Positions 1 to 12,186 of a stretch of 64,000 bases of DNA are shown one piece after another (within the stretch, counting starts at the first letter, position 1; the number at the start of each line of letters is the position of its first letter). The DNA is from Azolla caroliniana (lineage: Eukaryota; Plantae; Polypodiophyta). The stretch covers positions 7,440,001 to 7,504,000 of the forward strand of contig JBHGNT010000007.1 in the NCBI GenBank assembly GCA_043228905.1, written 5' to 3'. Position numbers and translations under genes: made by a program. A model generated the notes under the pieces. That model saw only the letters and a list, made by a program, of their open reading frames with translations, was not told where the DNA came from and searched no databases.

Positions 1-1653
1 GAAAAAAAACTTTCAGAGGATCAAAAGGAAAATATCCTGAATTAGAGGAACGCTTGTATGCGTGGATTGATGCATATCGTCGATTGTCAATTGTATTGCC
101 TCCATCTGTTATTATGGAGAAGGCTCGACGATTGGCATCAGAAATGAATATTTTTGACAATGACTTCAAAGCAACATGGGGCTGGTTTAGGAAATTTCGT
201 CATCGTCAATGTTTGAATACTATTAATTTATATGGTGAAGGAGGGGCAGTTGATAGAAATGACCCTGAATTGTTGGCTTCTTTGGAAAGGCTTTATCCTA
301 TAGTCAATGAGTATGATCCTAACAATGTTTACAATATGGATGAAACTGGTTTGTTTTTTCGATTAACTCCAAGATACACAGTGATTTTGCCTAGTGAAGA
401 TCCGACAACAATTCGAGGTAAGAGAAAATTGTTAGATAGAATTACCTTAGTTGTTTGTTGTAATGCAACTGGAACTGAAAAAGTTCCAATTACTATGATT
501 GGAAAGCCTAAGGAACCAGCTTGTATTGTTGGAAATTCATGGCGATTGCCTTATGTAGCACAAAGAAATGCTTGGATTGATATCCCTTGCTTTAATAAGT
601 GGTTTGATCAAGTGTTTGTGCCATTTGTTCGTTCTCGAACTAATCACAAAGTGCTTTTAATCCTTGATAATGCGCATGGTCATGCCGAAGCTTTAAAAAG
701 AGGTATAAATACCATTTGATAAGAGAAATCTTGGCATATCATGATAGTCCAGATTATGTTAAGATTCGTTTGGAAGATGTCGCTAAATGTATGAGAAGAG
801 GCTCTATTGGTTTAGCTTTTGGAAAGTCGCCACGTTTGCTAGATGTCGCGAATCTCATTGTTACTGCTTGGAATGAGATCAAGCAAGAGACAATTTTTAA
901 TTGCTATAGAAAGGCAGATATTATTCCATCATTTCGTGTTAATGATGTTGATTCAGAAGACGGTGAAATGGAAGATCAATGGATTGATGATCTTGTTGCT
1001 TTGCTATGTAATTGCAATTTGCTTGAAAATGCACATGTAGAAGAAATTCGAGATGAGATCATGGAATGTGTAAATGCAGATTCAAATGAATCAGAAAAAC
1101 TTAATCAAAATCTCCTTGAAGAGATTGAGGAAGTTATAACACAAGCTTCCAATGCCAATGAACCACTTGCATATGATGAAAACAATTCAGATTCTGAGTT
1201 TGTTGAGATTCAAGACATGCATGGATGCTTAAAGGAAGAAGATGTGATTATTCCTGAACTCTTGAAAGATATTGTTGATTGTGAACTCAAGCTAAATTCA
1301 ATCACAACAACTACTTACTTGAGTTCCGAAAAATCAAAGCAAGTACAATCAGCTTTATCAAGTGCTTGTTGAATCATCCAAGAAACAAATTCTGCCATTG
1401 TTTCTAAGCGTATCGTTAAAAGTGGGCAAATGATCTTACGTGATTTTGGTATGAAGTAGAGAAAGACTGAAAATCATATTTTTTTTGATCATTTTGTTGT
1501 TTTCTAAATGTTTGGAACAAATTTCTATTTGGTCTAATGTAATTTCATCCGGAAATAATGGAATTTCTTTGAACTGGATTTTGACCTCTAAAAAAATCGC
1601 ACTTAATAGAGTGGTTTACTTAAGTGGACACACACTTAAACGAATGTTTACTG
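1..1653 (+). mobile_element. pogo/Tigger-type (Tc1/mariner superfamily) DNA transposon, right part, with disrupted transposase
   Basis: ORF 54..719 has a CENP-B-type HTH (ATWGWFRKFRHR) and DDE_1 motifs (YNMDETGLF, LLILDNA). ORF 716..1372 has the C-terminal part (AWNEIKQETIFNCYRKA). The putative right end ...cgaatgtttactg (reverse complement CAGTAAAC...) at 1653 is followed by TA. The left end lies outside the window. Confidence 0.85.
54..1372 (+). pseudogene. pogo-like DDE transposase pseudogene (frameshift/internal deletion near 715, stop at 1370)
   Basis: Two ORFs in different frames. The usual 'FLPPNTTS..QPxDxG' segment carrying the third catalytic Asp is missing between them. Confidence 0.8.
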
Positions 1654-3038
1654 TATATATGATGAATGATCTTTAATGTTTCATAAAATGATATCCCATG
1701 CTTTTACGCCTCTATGATCCATTTATTGTGAAAAATTCACCAAAATTTGCTCCATGAGAGAATCAAAGTGAGGTTGAAGCAAAAGAGAAGAGTTAAAGCA
1801 TAATGGAGGCATTCCAAGCAAGGATTTATGCATGTCAATTGCATGACTACAAACCTCCAAACAAATAGGGAAGTGATATGAAGTTCCCACATCTTGTAGA
1901 ACTGTCATACAAAGTAATGTTGATAAAAAAGAATCATTGTGTGTCACGTACATTCTATCTAACCGACTCCATGTATTTCTATGTTGAGCATATTAGAAGG
2001 TAAAATTTGGATCATTCCCATGCAACCACATCCAAACATCCAACTTCAAAACCTCCATAGCCAATGAAACCCAAAGTGGCTTGCTTAGGGTCACCCATGA
2101 TTGAATGTTCACATGTAGATTGAGATGCATCAACACACATGTTAAAATCACCCATAAGTAAGCATGGGTGGCCCACACATAGGGTCTGAAGGAGGCAGCC
2201 CCATAATGCAATACATTGAGTGGCTTGGTTAAGGGGCATAAATCCTCACCAACCACACAACCCCTAGCCAAAATAAGTGATAGTTATAGCCAAAAAATGA
2301 CCATAAGGATCATTATGCACAACTTGAGGATAATATTTATCCGCATAATTAATACCCTGCTTGAATAATGATTACTAAGATATCTTCCATAGAATGATGA
2401 AAATCCATGCAAATCAACATTAGACCCTGCTAACTCGTGATATGTATGCTCAACTACACGTAATGTATTCTATTCTCTACTCAGCAAAGTTTTCCATAAT
2501 ATATACTTCTTAGGAGGAGAACATGCTCCTCTGGCATTCTATGTTACCACTTTCATTCAATCAACAATGTTATGGGTGCACTTGATCTTCAAAGCAACTA
2601 ATGCTACGAAATTAGTCAAAGCATGTTCCAATGTTGCATATGAATTTTCATGCACATCTATCAAAACCTTTTGTTTAGGTCCTCCCACTTGACAAAACCT
2701 CGAGAATTCAATGAATTTATAATTCATTCCAATGAATCAAATTGAAGTTGAAATGGCAATCCCTTATCCCCTAAATTGTCATTGCCAAGGAAATTTTCGA
2801 GGACCCTCTCTTATTCTTGAAGAACTTTGCGAAGTAGTATCACAAGTAGTGGGCAAACTATTATGTTGCATATTCATTGATTTCCCCTTTGACTTTCCCT
2901 TTACATGATGTCAATCTTTATCAACAACAACATCAATGCGAGGCCTATTGAATGGTTTTTTTCCCCTTATCTGTAAACACGAAGTTTGGATTTTCCATAT
3001 CCATAGGTTGAGTTCCCTTATTCTTAGGGCCCAAACGT

Positions 3039-3840
3039 TGTCGTAGTATATTTCGTACACTACATGAAAAACTTATAAAGTAACGTTTTAGTAAATATGA
3101 AGAAATAGAAGAAAATGTCAAAATAAATCATACATGCATAAGGCAAGATTCAAACCTTACACCTTCATGTTAATAATGTAATGTCTTACCATTACACTAG
3201 CATTTCATTAGTGTTAAAAAGTAGATGTCCCACATAGAAAGTTAAGTTCACATAAGATAAACTTTAGTTTAAAAAAAAAACGCATGCCAAAAGAAAAAGC
3301 TACGCATGCATATCTAGCGTGTATGAACACTATATTTTATAAAAAAAACGCACAAGTTAGAGAAAACGCATGGGTTGGAAAAGATTCTCTCATCTCTATA
3401 TAAGGATGAGGAGCACAATGTAAAAGGTGTGTGAAATATTTGGAAATTGGATATATTTCTAAAAGACACCAATTAATATATGTGTGGGATTCACGAAATA
3501 ATCTATACTTGTGGGATTCACAAGTTCTCTTTAATCTCTTTCTTTCAGTCTAAATTCATATTCTTACATAAATATTGATTAATGTAATACTTGTGGGATT
3601 CACAAGGTTTGATCTCTTTTCTCAATCTACTCTAATCTACTCTAAACTATTTCAATTTATTACTACGATTAATATAGACTAAAACAATTATACTTGTGGG
3701 ATTCACAAGTTTCTATATCTCTTTCTTATAATCTATTCATCTCATAACTAGATTAGCCTCAAATTCTTCTTCCTCCTGGTCCAAAACCCAGGTGGTTCCC
3801 ACCTAACTCACGCAACGATCCGGAGCTGAAAGGCACGACA
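3039..3840 (+). mobile_element. Solo LTR (~802 bp)
   Basis: Ends TGTCGT...ACGACA form an inverted repeat and are flanked by ACGT on both sides (3035-3038, 3841-3844). TATA-like ctctatataa near 3394. Four internal tgtgggattcac repeats. Confidence 0.75.
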
Positions 3841-4441
3841 ACGTTGAAGTGAGGCCTCTTTATCACTTGCTCTAAATGACATTCCTTCATCCATAATGAC
3901 CACAATATCTGACATACCAACATTTCTCCCAACTCCTTCCTTATCATCTTACCATTCCCCTAATTTGGAACCCCCAAAGCTAAAGGACAAGGTATTCTGC
4001 CATAAAGTGGCCCATTCACCACATACAAAACAATGACCTGCAAATGTCGTCCACTTCAATTTAAAAAACAAGGTCTTTTCATATCATGTGTGTTCATACG
4101 CACCCATTTGGGCCTCTTACGACTTCTATCCCATAACACATAAAATATGCACTTATTTGTAGCATTTGCATGTGTAGATACCAACACTTTGCCCATTTGA
4201 CTCATCAACTCTAGTAAAATGGCCATAAAAACGCATGCTTGCAATCCATTGTTACCCAAACAGGGCATTCTTGTTTCAACAAAGCATGATAGTCCACTAC
4301 GAGGGACCATTGCATTTCATGCACTAATCGTTTATCAAAGAACACAGGAACTTTATCCAACAATATACTTTGATGTTCAAGGGAACGAAATACTACATCA
4401 TAAAACCCTCATGGTCTTGCATATATATTCCCAAGGCAATT

Positions 4442-4873
4442 TGTTGAGAGACAAGCTCAACATTGGCCGGATCGGCTGCGCAAGCCGAGGACCTGATCAG
4501 TTGGGACGGATCAGTTAGGCCGGATCCGTTGGAAACCGGTATGCAGACCGGTGCGTAGGAAGGCTAGATCAGTGCGCAAACCGGGAGGCCATCGGAAAGA
4601 TATTCCGCAAGGAATATATTTGGGAGTTAGTGTAGGGGCTCCTCAATGACAATTGAATTACTGTCAGTACTTCTGTCAGTCCGAAAAGGACTTGTATAAA
4701 AGTGTTCATTGAACACACACGATGTACAGATTGAGTATTATTTTTGAATTAAGTTCTTGTGTTTACTCTCTCTCTGTCTCTCCCGTGCGTACTATGCAAA
4801 CCTAAGCTTTCCATTAAACCTGCGTTTTCTGTTGTTCGGGTTCCTATATTGCTTCCACACGCCATTCTTTTCA
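4442..4873 (+). repeat. 5' LTR of copia element (432 bp)
   Basis: Starts tgttgagagacaagctcaaca, ends gccattcttttca; direct repeat of 9698-10073. Confidence 0.95.
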
Positions 4874-4885
4874 TGGTATCAGAGC
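4874..4885 (+). promoter_or_regulatory. Primer binding site complementary to initiator tRNA-Met
   Basis: TGGTATCAGAGC immediately after the 5' LTR. Confidence 0.95.
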
Positions 4886-4955
4886 GCGAGGGTTGAGAAC
4901 CTCTGTAGTTGACTTTGCTTTAAGGAAAAATCAACGAAGAAGAACAAGAAAACCG

Positions 4956-7900
4956 ATGGACAGAGGAATGGCTAGCTCGCTTCCAACGGAGAAGCTCGAC
5001 AGAACCAACTACGCATCTTGGTCCTACAAGATGCACCAGTACCTGCTCGGACATGGTTACTGGAGCTATGTCGATGGAGCAAATGACATAGCACCCGATT
5101 CGACACACAAAGGCTTCCCGACGTGGGAACAATCGGCGAGCAAAGTGTTGTATTGTTTCGCACCTTGTGTGGGCGAACAACTATTAAGCTACGTTCGGGA
5201 TGCAAAAACGTTGAAGGGTACGTGGGAAAATTTGAAGAAGATCTTCGCCGCGAGCACCACAGCCAGGAAGCTTCAACTCCGACAAGAGTTGAGCAACCTA
5301 CGACAATGCAATTTGTCGGTGGTTGACTATACCTCGAAGATCAAGGACATATGCGACTCCTTAGCTTCCATCGATGTGAACATCGAGGAAAGCGAGATGC
5401 TCCAAGTCTATCTCGAGGGTTTGGCGTCAAAGTTCAGAGCGTTCCGAACTGTTGTGTGTACACAGGAGAATACGCCATCGTTTTTCGACTTACAGTCGAT
5501 GCTCCTTATAGAGGAGAACCACGCGGGTGTGTCGACAAGCACGCATGCCAACAGCAAGATGTTGTACACGAAGGGAGAGAGGCCACGTGGTTGTGGCGGA
5601 AGAGACGAGTCGGTGCGCAATGGAGGTGGCCGACGGGATCAAGGAAGAAGTCATCGAAGTGATGCCGACTGCAATTTTGGACCCTCCGGAAACAGGGGGA
5701 GTTGAGGCGACGAGAACCAGCAAGGGAAATCCATCGTGGAATGCTGGTACTGTGGCAAGAAAGGCCACAAGGAGAGCGAGTGCTGGAAAAAGCGCGTTGA
5801 TTCGGAGAGAACCGGGTCCAGAACAGGTTCCGGACAGTCCAATAAAGGAAATCGGCAACGATCGCACTATGCCGAAGGATCTAGAGAAGCCGGAAAAGGG
5901 TCAGTCTTCGTGACGAGACCGAAAAGCAAACTCAATGAAGAAGATCACCCCGAAGTCGGAGGAGGTGTGGTACGTTGACTCCGGCGCATCAAACCACATG
6001 ACGTGCCACGAGGAGTGGTTCTCATACCTTGAGAAACCGACGCAACCAGGAGTAGTCGCAACCGGAGACGACACTTTGTATCCGATCGCGAATGTCGGTG
6101 AAGTTCCCCTGAGCCATGTCGGGCAGAAAGGGAAACTCATGAACGTGTTACACGTCCCGACAATCACAAAAAACTTGGTGTCGGTCGGGCAAATCGTCGA
6201 CCAGGGGATGCAGGTTCAGTTTACGCATCTCGGGTGCTTCATCGAGGAAGAAGGCCAAGTTATTGCGCAAGGGCGCAGAGACAGGAGAATGTTTATCCTC
6301 GATTCTAGTGACGGTGGCACAACAATGTTTGCGAAGGGACAAAAAGTCGAGTTGGACATCGACTTATGGCACAAACGGATAGGCCACGTCAACTACCAGT
6401 GGCTTCAAGACCTGCAATCGAAACAGGTGGTGTTCGGATTCCCAAATTTAGTGGCCGAAAGGCACAAATTTGTGAAGCATGCCAGCTTGGGAAGCAACAC
6501 TGACTTCCCTTCCCCAACGAGCGTAACCGGACCCGAAACAAGCTTAACTTGATACACTTCGATGTGTGGGGGCCGGCACAAAACGTTAGTCTTGGCGGGA
6601 GCCGATATTTCGTCTCCGTCATCGACGACTACACGCGGCACACGTGGATCTTCCTCATTGAGAGGAAGAGCGAAGTCTTCGACTATTTCCGGGACCTCAA
6701 AGGGTTCGTGGAAACGGAAACAAGAAGGAAGATCAAGTGCCTACGGTCGGATGGCGGAAAAGAATACTTTTCCGGTCAACTCAACGGTTATCTACAACAG
6801 CTGGGAATTCAGTGCGAATTCAGTTGTAGATACACGCTGGAGCAAAATGACGTGGCCGAGAGGAAAAATCAGTCGGTTGTGGAAGCGGCGCAGGCAATGC
6901 TAGAAGAAAAGAGCTTGCCCAAGTTCTATTGGGACGAGGTGGCACGAACCGCGGTATACATCCAGAACCGGATCGGAGACAAAGTGTCAGCGCATGAGCT
7001 ATATTTCGGAACGAAGCCGAACTTGCGACACTTACGAGTTTTCGGTAGCATTGCGTATGTGCATGTGCCGAAGGAGAAACGGAGGAAGCTGGACGCAAAG
7101 GCCGAGAAATGTATCTTGGTCGGTTACTCGGACAAGTAGAAGGGTTATAAGTGTTATAACCCGCGCACCAAACAAGCGCGCGTGAGCCACGACATTGTGT
7201 TTTCTGCGTCCTGGTACTTGCCTCCGACTCCTGAGCTCACCTCCAATCTGAGTTCTAATGATGAGGTCAGCGAGGCCGAGATGCCTCCGGATGAGCCTAA
7301 AATCGGGACCCGCGAAGAGAGTCTGATTTCGTTTCGGTTAAGTGGACCGAATGAACGACTGAGTCGGTTTGACCAGTTCGATGGAGAGTCGGCGAGTAGT
7401 GGAGACTCGGTCGTGCATTCCCCGCGCAGGAAGCCGAGGAGACGGGTTACGCGCCAAGAAAAAGGGAAGAAGAAGGTGTTGGATTACTGCACGGATAGGA
7501 ACGAGTCTGACCGACATGAGTCTGACTCCGAGGGCATCGGTGACGGGTCTTCAAGAGCGAAGTCCGCGTTGGCCGATGACCGATTACGCCGATCTACCCG
7601 CTAGAAGAACCCAGTTGTGTGGTTCGGTTATAATGAGTACATGGCGCATCACTATGCGTACATGACCCGTGTTGCGAAAGTGCATGAGCCGGAGAGCTAC
7701 ATAGAAGAGGCGAAAGATATGAACTGGCGTGCCGCGATGGAGGAAGAGATGCACGCATTGACGAAAAATGAGACTTGGGACCTGGTTGACGCACCGAAGG
7801 GTGTGAAGCCAATCGGATGTAGGTGGGTGTACAATGTCAAGTACAACACCAACAGCTCGGTCAACCGATACAAGGCCCGGTTAGTGGCAAAAGGCTACGC

Positions 7901-9654
7901 GCAGAAACACGGCATCGACTACGATGAGACGTTTGCGTCGGTCACAAAGATGGCGACCATCCGTGTTTTGCTCGCGGTAGCTGCGGCAAAGGGGTGGCAC
8001 TTACATCAGATGGATGTAAAGAATGTGTTCATGCAAGGTGAGCTTGAGGAACAGGTGTACATGGTACAACCCCCCGGATTTCACTCCGGAACGCACACGT
8101 CGGCAGTGTGCCGATTGAAGAAGTCGCTTTACGGACTAAAGCAAACCCCGCGTGCCTGGAACGCGAAAATCATGTAGCAACTGCATCGGATGGGCTTTGT
8201 GACGTCAAAATTGGACTCCTCACTGTTCATCCGGAAAGGTCGACTCGGGCCAGTTAGTATTCTACTTTATGTTGATGACTTGGTCATCACCGGTGCCGAC
8301 CTAAGTGAAATCAACCACGTGAAGCTCCAGCTTGCAGCATCATTCGAAATGAAGGATCTGGGGGGACCTTCATTACTTCCTTGGGATCGAAGTGATCCGC
8401 ACCCTCGAAGGCATACTAATTAGCCAACGTCATTACGCGCTGAATATGCTCTTCAAATTTGGGATGGCAGACTGTAAGTCCTTCTCGACTCCTCTGGATA
8501 GAACCGTCAAACTTCGCCCCAATTCCGGAAAGGTATGCGACCCAACGAGGTTCCGACAATTTGTCGGAAGCCTTATCTACTTGACAATCACCCGACCCGA
8601 TCTCAGTTATTCAGTCGGGGTGATCAGTCAGTTCATGGCGCAACCTACCGAGGAGCACCTTCAGTGTGCGCAACGCGTACTGCAGTACGTAAGCGGCACT
8701 AAGGATCGGGGATTGCTATATCGGACCTGTACAGCCTCGCAGTTGGTCGGCTACACCGATGCTGATTGGGCTGGCAACGCCGCCAATCGTCGATCCACAT
8801 CCGGATACACATTCTCTCTTGGGAGTGTTGTGATAGCGTGGAGCAGTAAGAAGCAGCCGACAGTTGCACTGTCGAGCGCCGAAGCTGAGTATAGAGGAGC
8901 GGTTGTCGCGACATGCGAAGCCATATGGTTGAAGTGGCTACTTAAGGATCTGCAAGTGGAGGTGTCTGATCCAACGACTATCTACTACGACAACCTCAGC
9001 AGCATCCAGCTCGCCAAGAACTCCGTTTTCCATGCCCGGACTAAGCACATTGAGGTGCACTACCATTTCGTCCGTGAGCGTGTTCTCTCCGGTGAAGTTG
9101 AACTTCAGTATGTTCTGACGGATTGGCAGTCCGCCGACATCTTCACCAAGCCTCTTGGTTTAGACAAGTTGCGGCAATTCTCGGGTGCACTTGGGTTGCG
9201 TCACCTCGACTTGCCGAAATTGAGGGGGAGAGATGTCTCGAATGACCACGGAAATGGGAGAGAAGACCGCGACGCCGAGTCGGATGACGAATTCGATTTC
9301 GGATCGGCTGATGAAGCCGAGGGCGAACCCGCGGAAGATTCCGGAAGCGGACATAAGGGGAGCAGTCGAAAGGAAGAGCCGAAGTCAACCAAGCATGGGG
9401 GAGATGACGCCATCAAGGGCGAGAAGACCGAAGACGAGTTGGAGACAGCCAACTCGGACAAGAGCAAAAACCGATCAGAGGTAGCCGAGTCGGTTTGGAT
9501 GTTTGATTCGGATACACTGAATCAACCGAGGGCCAAGCGGAAAAGAAGGCAGCAAGAGAAGCGCCAACACCGTGACAACAAGGGAGTTGTGAAGGGTCGA
9601 ACAGGTCGGAGGAGCGCGAGCAAGACGTGGAGCCAAGAGGAACCGGAGCAGTGA
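4956..9654 (+). pseudogene. Copia gag-pol polyprotein, broken by several stops and frameshifts
   Basis: Gag (KLDRTNYASW), zinc knuckle CWYCGKKGHKESEC, protease WYVDSGASNHM, integrase (WHKRIGH; HFDVWGP; LRSDGGKEY; AERKN), RT (KARLVAKGY; QMDVKN; LYVDDL), RNase H (YTDADWAG; AEAEY; RTKHIEVHYH; ADIFTKPL). In-frame stops at about 7137, 7602 and 8175; frameshifts near 5700, 5935, 6440 and 8365. Confidence 0.95.
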
Positions 9655-9697
9655 TCCGGAAGATCCCAAAGAGCCTCAAGTTGAGCTTGAGGGGGAG

Positions 9698-10073
9698 TGT
9701 TGAGAGACAAGCTCAACATCGGCCGGATCTGCTGAGCAAGCCGAGGACCTGATCGGTTGGGACCGATCGGTTAGGCCGGATCGGTGCGGAAATCGGGAGG
9801 CCATCGGAAAGATATTCCGCAAGGAATATATTTGGGAGTTAGTGTAGGGGCTCCTCAATGAGCATTGAAGTACTGTCAGTCCGAAAAGGACTTGTATAAA
9901 AGTGTTCATTGAACACACACGATGTACAAATCGAGTATTATTTTTTAATTAAGTTCTTGTGTTTACTCTCTCTCTGTCTCTCCCGTGCATACTATGCAAA
10001 CCTAAGCTTTCCATTAAACCTGCGTTTTCTGTTGTTCGGGTTCCTATATTGCTTCCGCACGCCATTCTTTTCA
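9698..10073 (+). repeat. 3' LTR of copia element (376 bp), preceded by PPT 9689-9697
   Basis: Direct repeat of the 5' LTR lacking indels of ~44 and ~12 bp; followed by TSD CAATT. Confidence 0.95.
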
Positions 10074-10959
10074 CAATTCAATGAAACAATTGTGTTGAAC
10101 CATTGTTTAATCCAATAAATCTCTCTCTCTCTTTGAATTATCTCTTTGAAAATGTAGAAAAATGCACAATACTTTTTTCAAAATTGTTAAGTTACAAACA
10201 CCATTAATGCTCCTACTACTACTTCAAAATTGATTGGATTACTTCTCATTGAGATGGTCCTACTATTTGAGGCTGATTGGATTGCTTCACATTGAGATTG
10301 TGGGCATGGAAATGATTGTTGAGTACATGATTGAGGCTCAAAAAACGTTCTTACATTAATTTCTTTGAATTGCACTAGAAGCAAGCAAAAAATAAAAAGA
10401 CACAAAAGTAAAACATCAATTAATCAACGACTATAGCACGATAAAATAAAGAAGTCCATTAGACCCACGTCAAAAAAGATGTGTTTTGGTGATTGTTTTT
10501 ACCTCCTCTTCCTTTTTCTTGCTCCTTGCCATGCGTTTGACCTCATCCTATATATAGCAATCGGTTCCGAATAGACATTAGAAAGATATCTATCTATCCT
10601 CTCGTGAGAGGTGTTGGGTCAAAATACAACACAAGGTTACAAAAGGGATAACTCATGATTATTAGATGCTAGCATCGTAGAGAAACCATCGGCTCTTCTC
10701 TTAGAACCATAAGTTATGGGTTTCTTCATGTTGGAATTTTCTAAAACCCAAAAACATGGGAAGTTAGCATATCAAAAGCACTTTGAAACAACAATGGACC
10801 AATCTAAGCGCAAATTCAAAAGCATTGATTTGCCGTTTATTATGCCATACATTAAGATAACTAAAGAAATCAAAGATGAATTGAAAATAATGTGAATAAA
10901 ATAATCAACCAACATGTGCAAAAACCCATTGAAAGGGAAAAAAATGTTTTATAGACAAG

Positions 10960-11530
10960 TCCAAATTTACCAATTCAATAGACATACCAATGACAATATT
11001 CTAACAAGGCGTTGTGGGTGAAAACATATAACAAGCAAAATATGCCAATTGTGAGAATGGTAGCACAAGTAAATGAACGATAATTACTCCATACAAGAAG
11101 ACCTTGGTCTTAAATGAAAGACAAGATTGCCAACCAATCTGTTAGGGACATATTGCCACCACAACACATAGTGGGATGATCTTCCACAATTTAGATAACA
11201 ATCACTTTTATGGCAAATGCTCATCATTGATTCTTATCCAAATTTTCATGGCATTGGAGAGAATGAATCAAATCAGTAAACAATTGGTTCCAAAATTCTC
11301 CATTGGAATGGAAATATACACAAATTTACATGAAAGGGGGTATATCCAAAGATTGCATATAGTTGATCCACAAAACATTTGGGTGTATCTTATACATAAC
11401 TCCCAAAATTGTTTTGGCTATGCACAACTTAAAAGTCCTAATATAATTCCTTCCGAAAGGATTAGATAGACTAGACTGACAAAAAGGATTCTATGTGACC
11501 TCACAACACGATAGAGGCATGCCTTAAATA
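10960..11530 (-). mobile_element. Highly degenerate L1-type RT C-terminal fragment
   Basis: Minus-strand remnants resembling 'VYISIPM...FILSNAMKIW' and 'LLSKLWKI'; heavily mutated. Confidence 0.3.
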
Positions 11531-12186
11531 ATCAAGTAGACTAATAAAGGGAAGAAAATTGTGATTGTAAATGAAATCTTGATTATATCTACAATGATTG
11601 AAATTGCCAAATGCCCCTTTCTCTTTCCCTTTCATTTTTTGTACGTTATCACTCTACTTTTCCATGTTCAAAAGCTTGTAGCTCACCTACACTAGCTGCA
11701 CATTATAATAATTTCTTTGTTCATCTGGAATTCCTTTTCAAACCTTGTATAATAATCAATAACAATTATAATTTTTTTAATTGATACATCTCATCCCTTT
11801 TCCCTTATATTCGATACATATTAGAGCGTTCACTTTATCCACAAAGATTTACTACATTTTTACGTCACTGAAAAAGATAATAAAAGGGCAAGTACTTATC
11901 GTCTACTTTCTTTGTCTAAAGAAACTTTACTAAAAGGATGTTGAAGTGTTACATTAGAAATAAGGAAAGATTCTAGTCTAGAAGAAAAAAATAAGTGAAA
12001 ATGTGTTAACATGGGGGTATATCATGATCTATTATGTAATTTCAATCCATCCCTCCACTTATGCACACCATATACACCTAGCTATACATCTATTCCAATG
12101 GGTTTTTTTGTTGTTCGTGCATTGCTAAATGTCAAAGCACCCTAGCTTTTGCACAAACATTGAAGAGAATTCCAAGACTCTAGTCT

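Larger units (their letters stand above)
4442..10073 (+). mobile_element. Full-length Ty1/copia LTR retrotransposon (inactivated)
   Basis: LTRs 4442-4873 and 9698-10073 (TG...CA), 5-bp TSD CAATT, PBS TGGTATCAGAGC, PPT GAGGGGGAG, domain order gag-PR-INT-RT-RH. Confidence 0.97.
1660..10560 (-). mobile_element. Degenerate L1-type LINE (ORF1 plus APE endonuclease), interrupted by a solo LTR and a copia element
   Basis: Minus strand: probable ORF1 start MARSKKKEEE near 10532; ORF1-like remnants 3845-4440 (WPF..ELMSQMGKVLV); ORF2 start MKVVT*NARG near 2556; endonuclease motif CLLMGDFNM (ORF 2012..2239) and W-S-R-L-D-R-like text near 1950-1975. Many stops and frameshifts. Confidence 0.65.

Noticed and set aside
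3484-3710. Repeat-spacer pattern (atacttgtgggattcacaag) resembling CRISPR
   Set aside because: Short, irregularly spaced repeats with related intervening sequence, inside a TG...CA solo LTR.
4920-9918. Numerous antisense and alternative-frame ORFs in the copia element
   Set aside because: Expected by chance in GC-rich coding sequence; no recognisable motifs.
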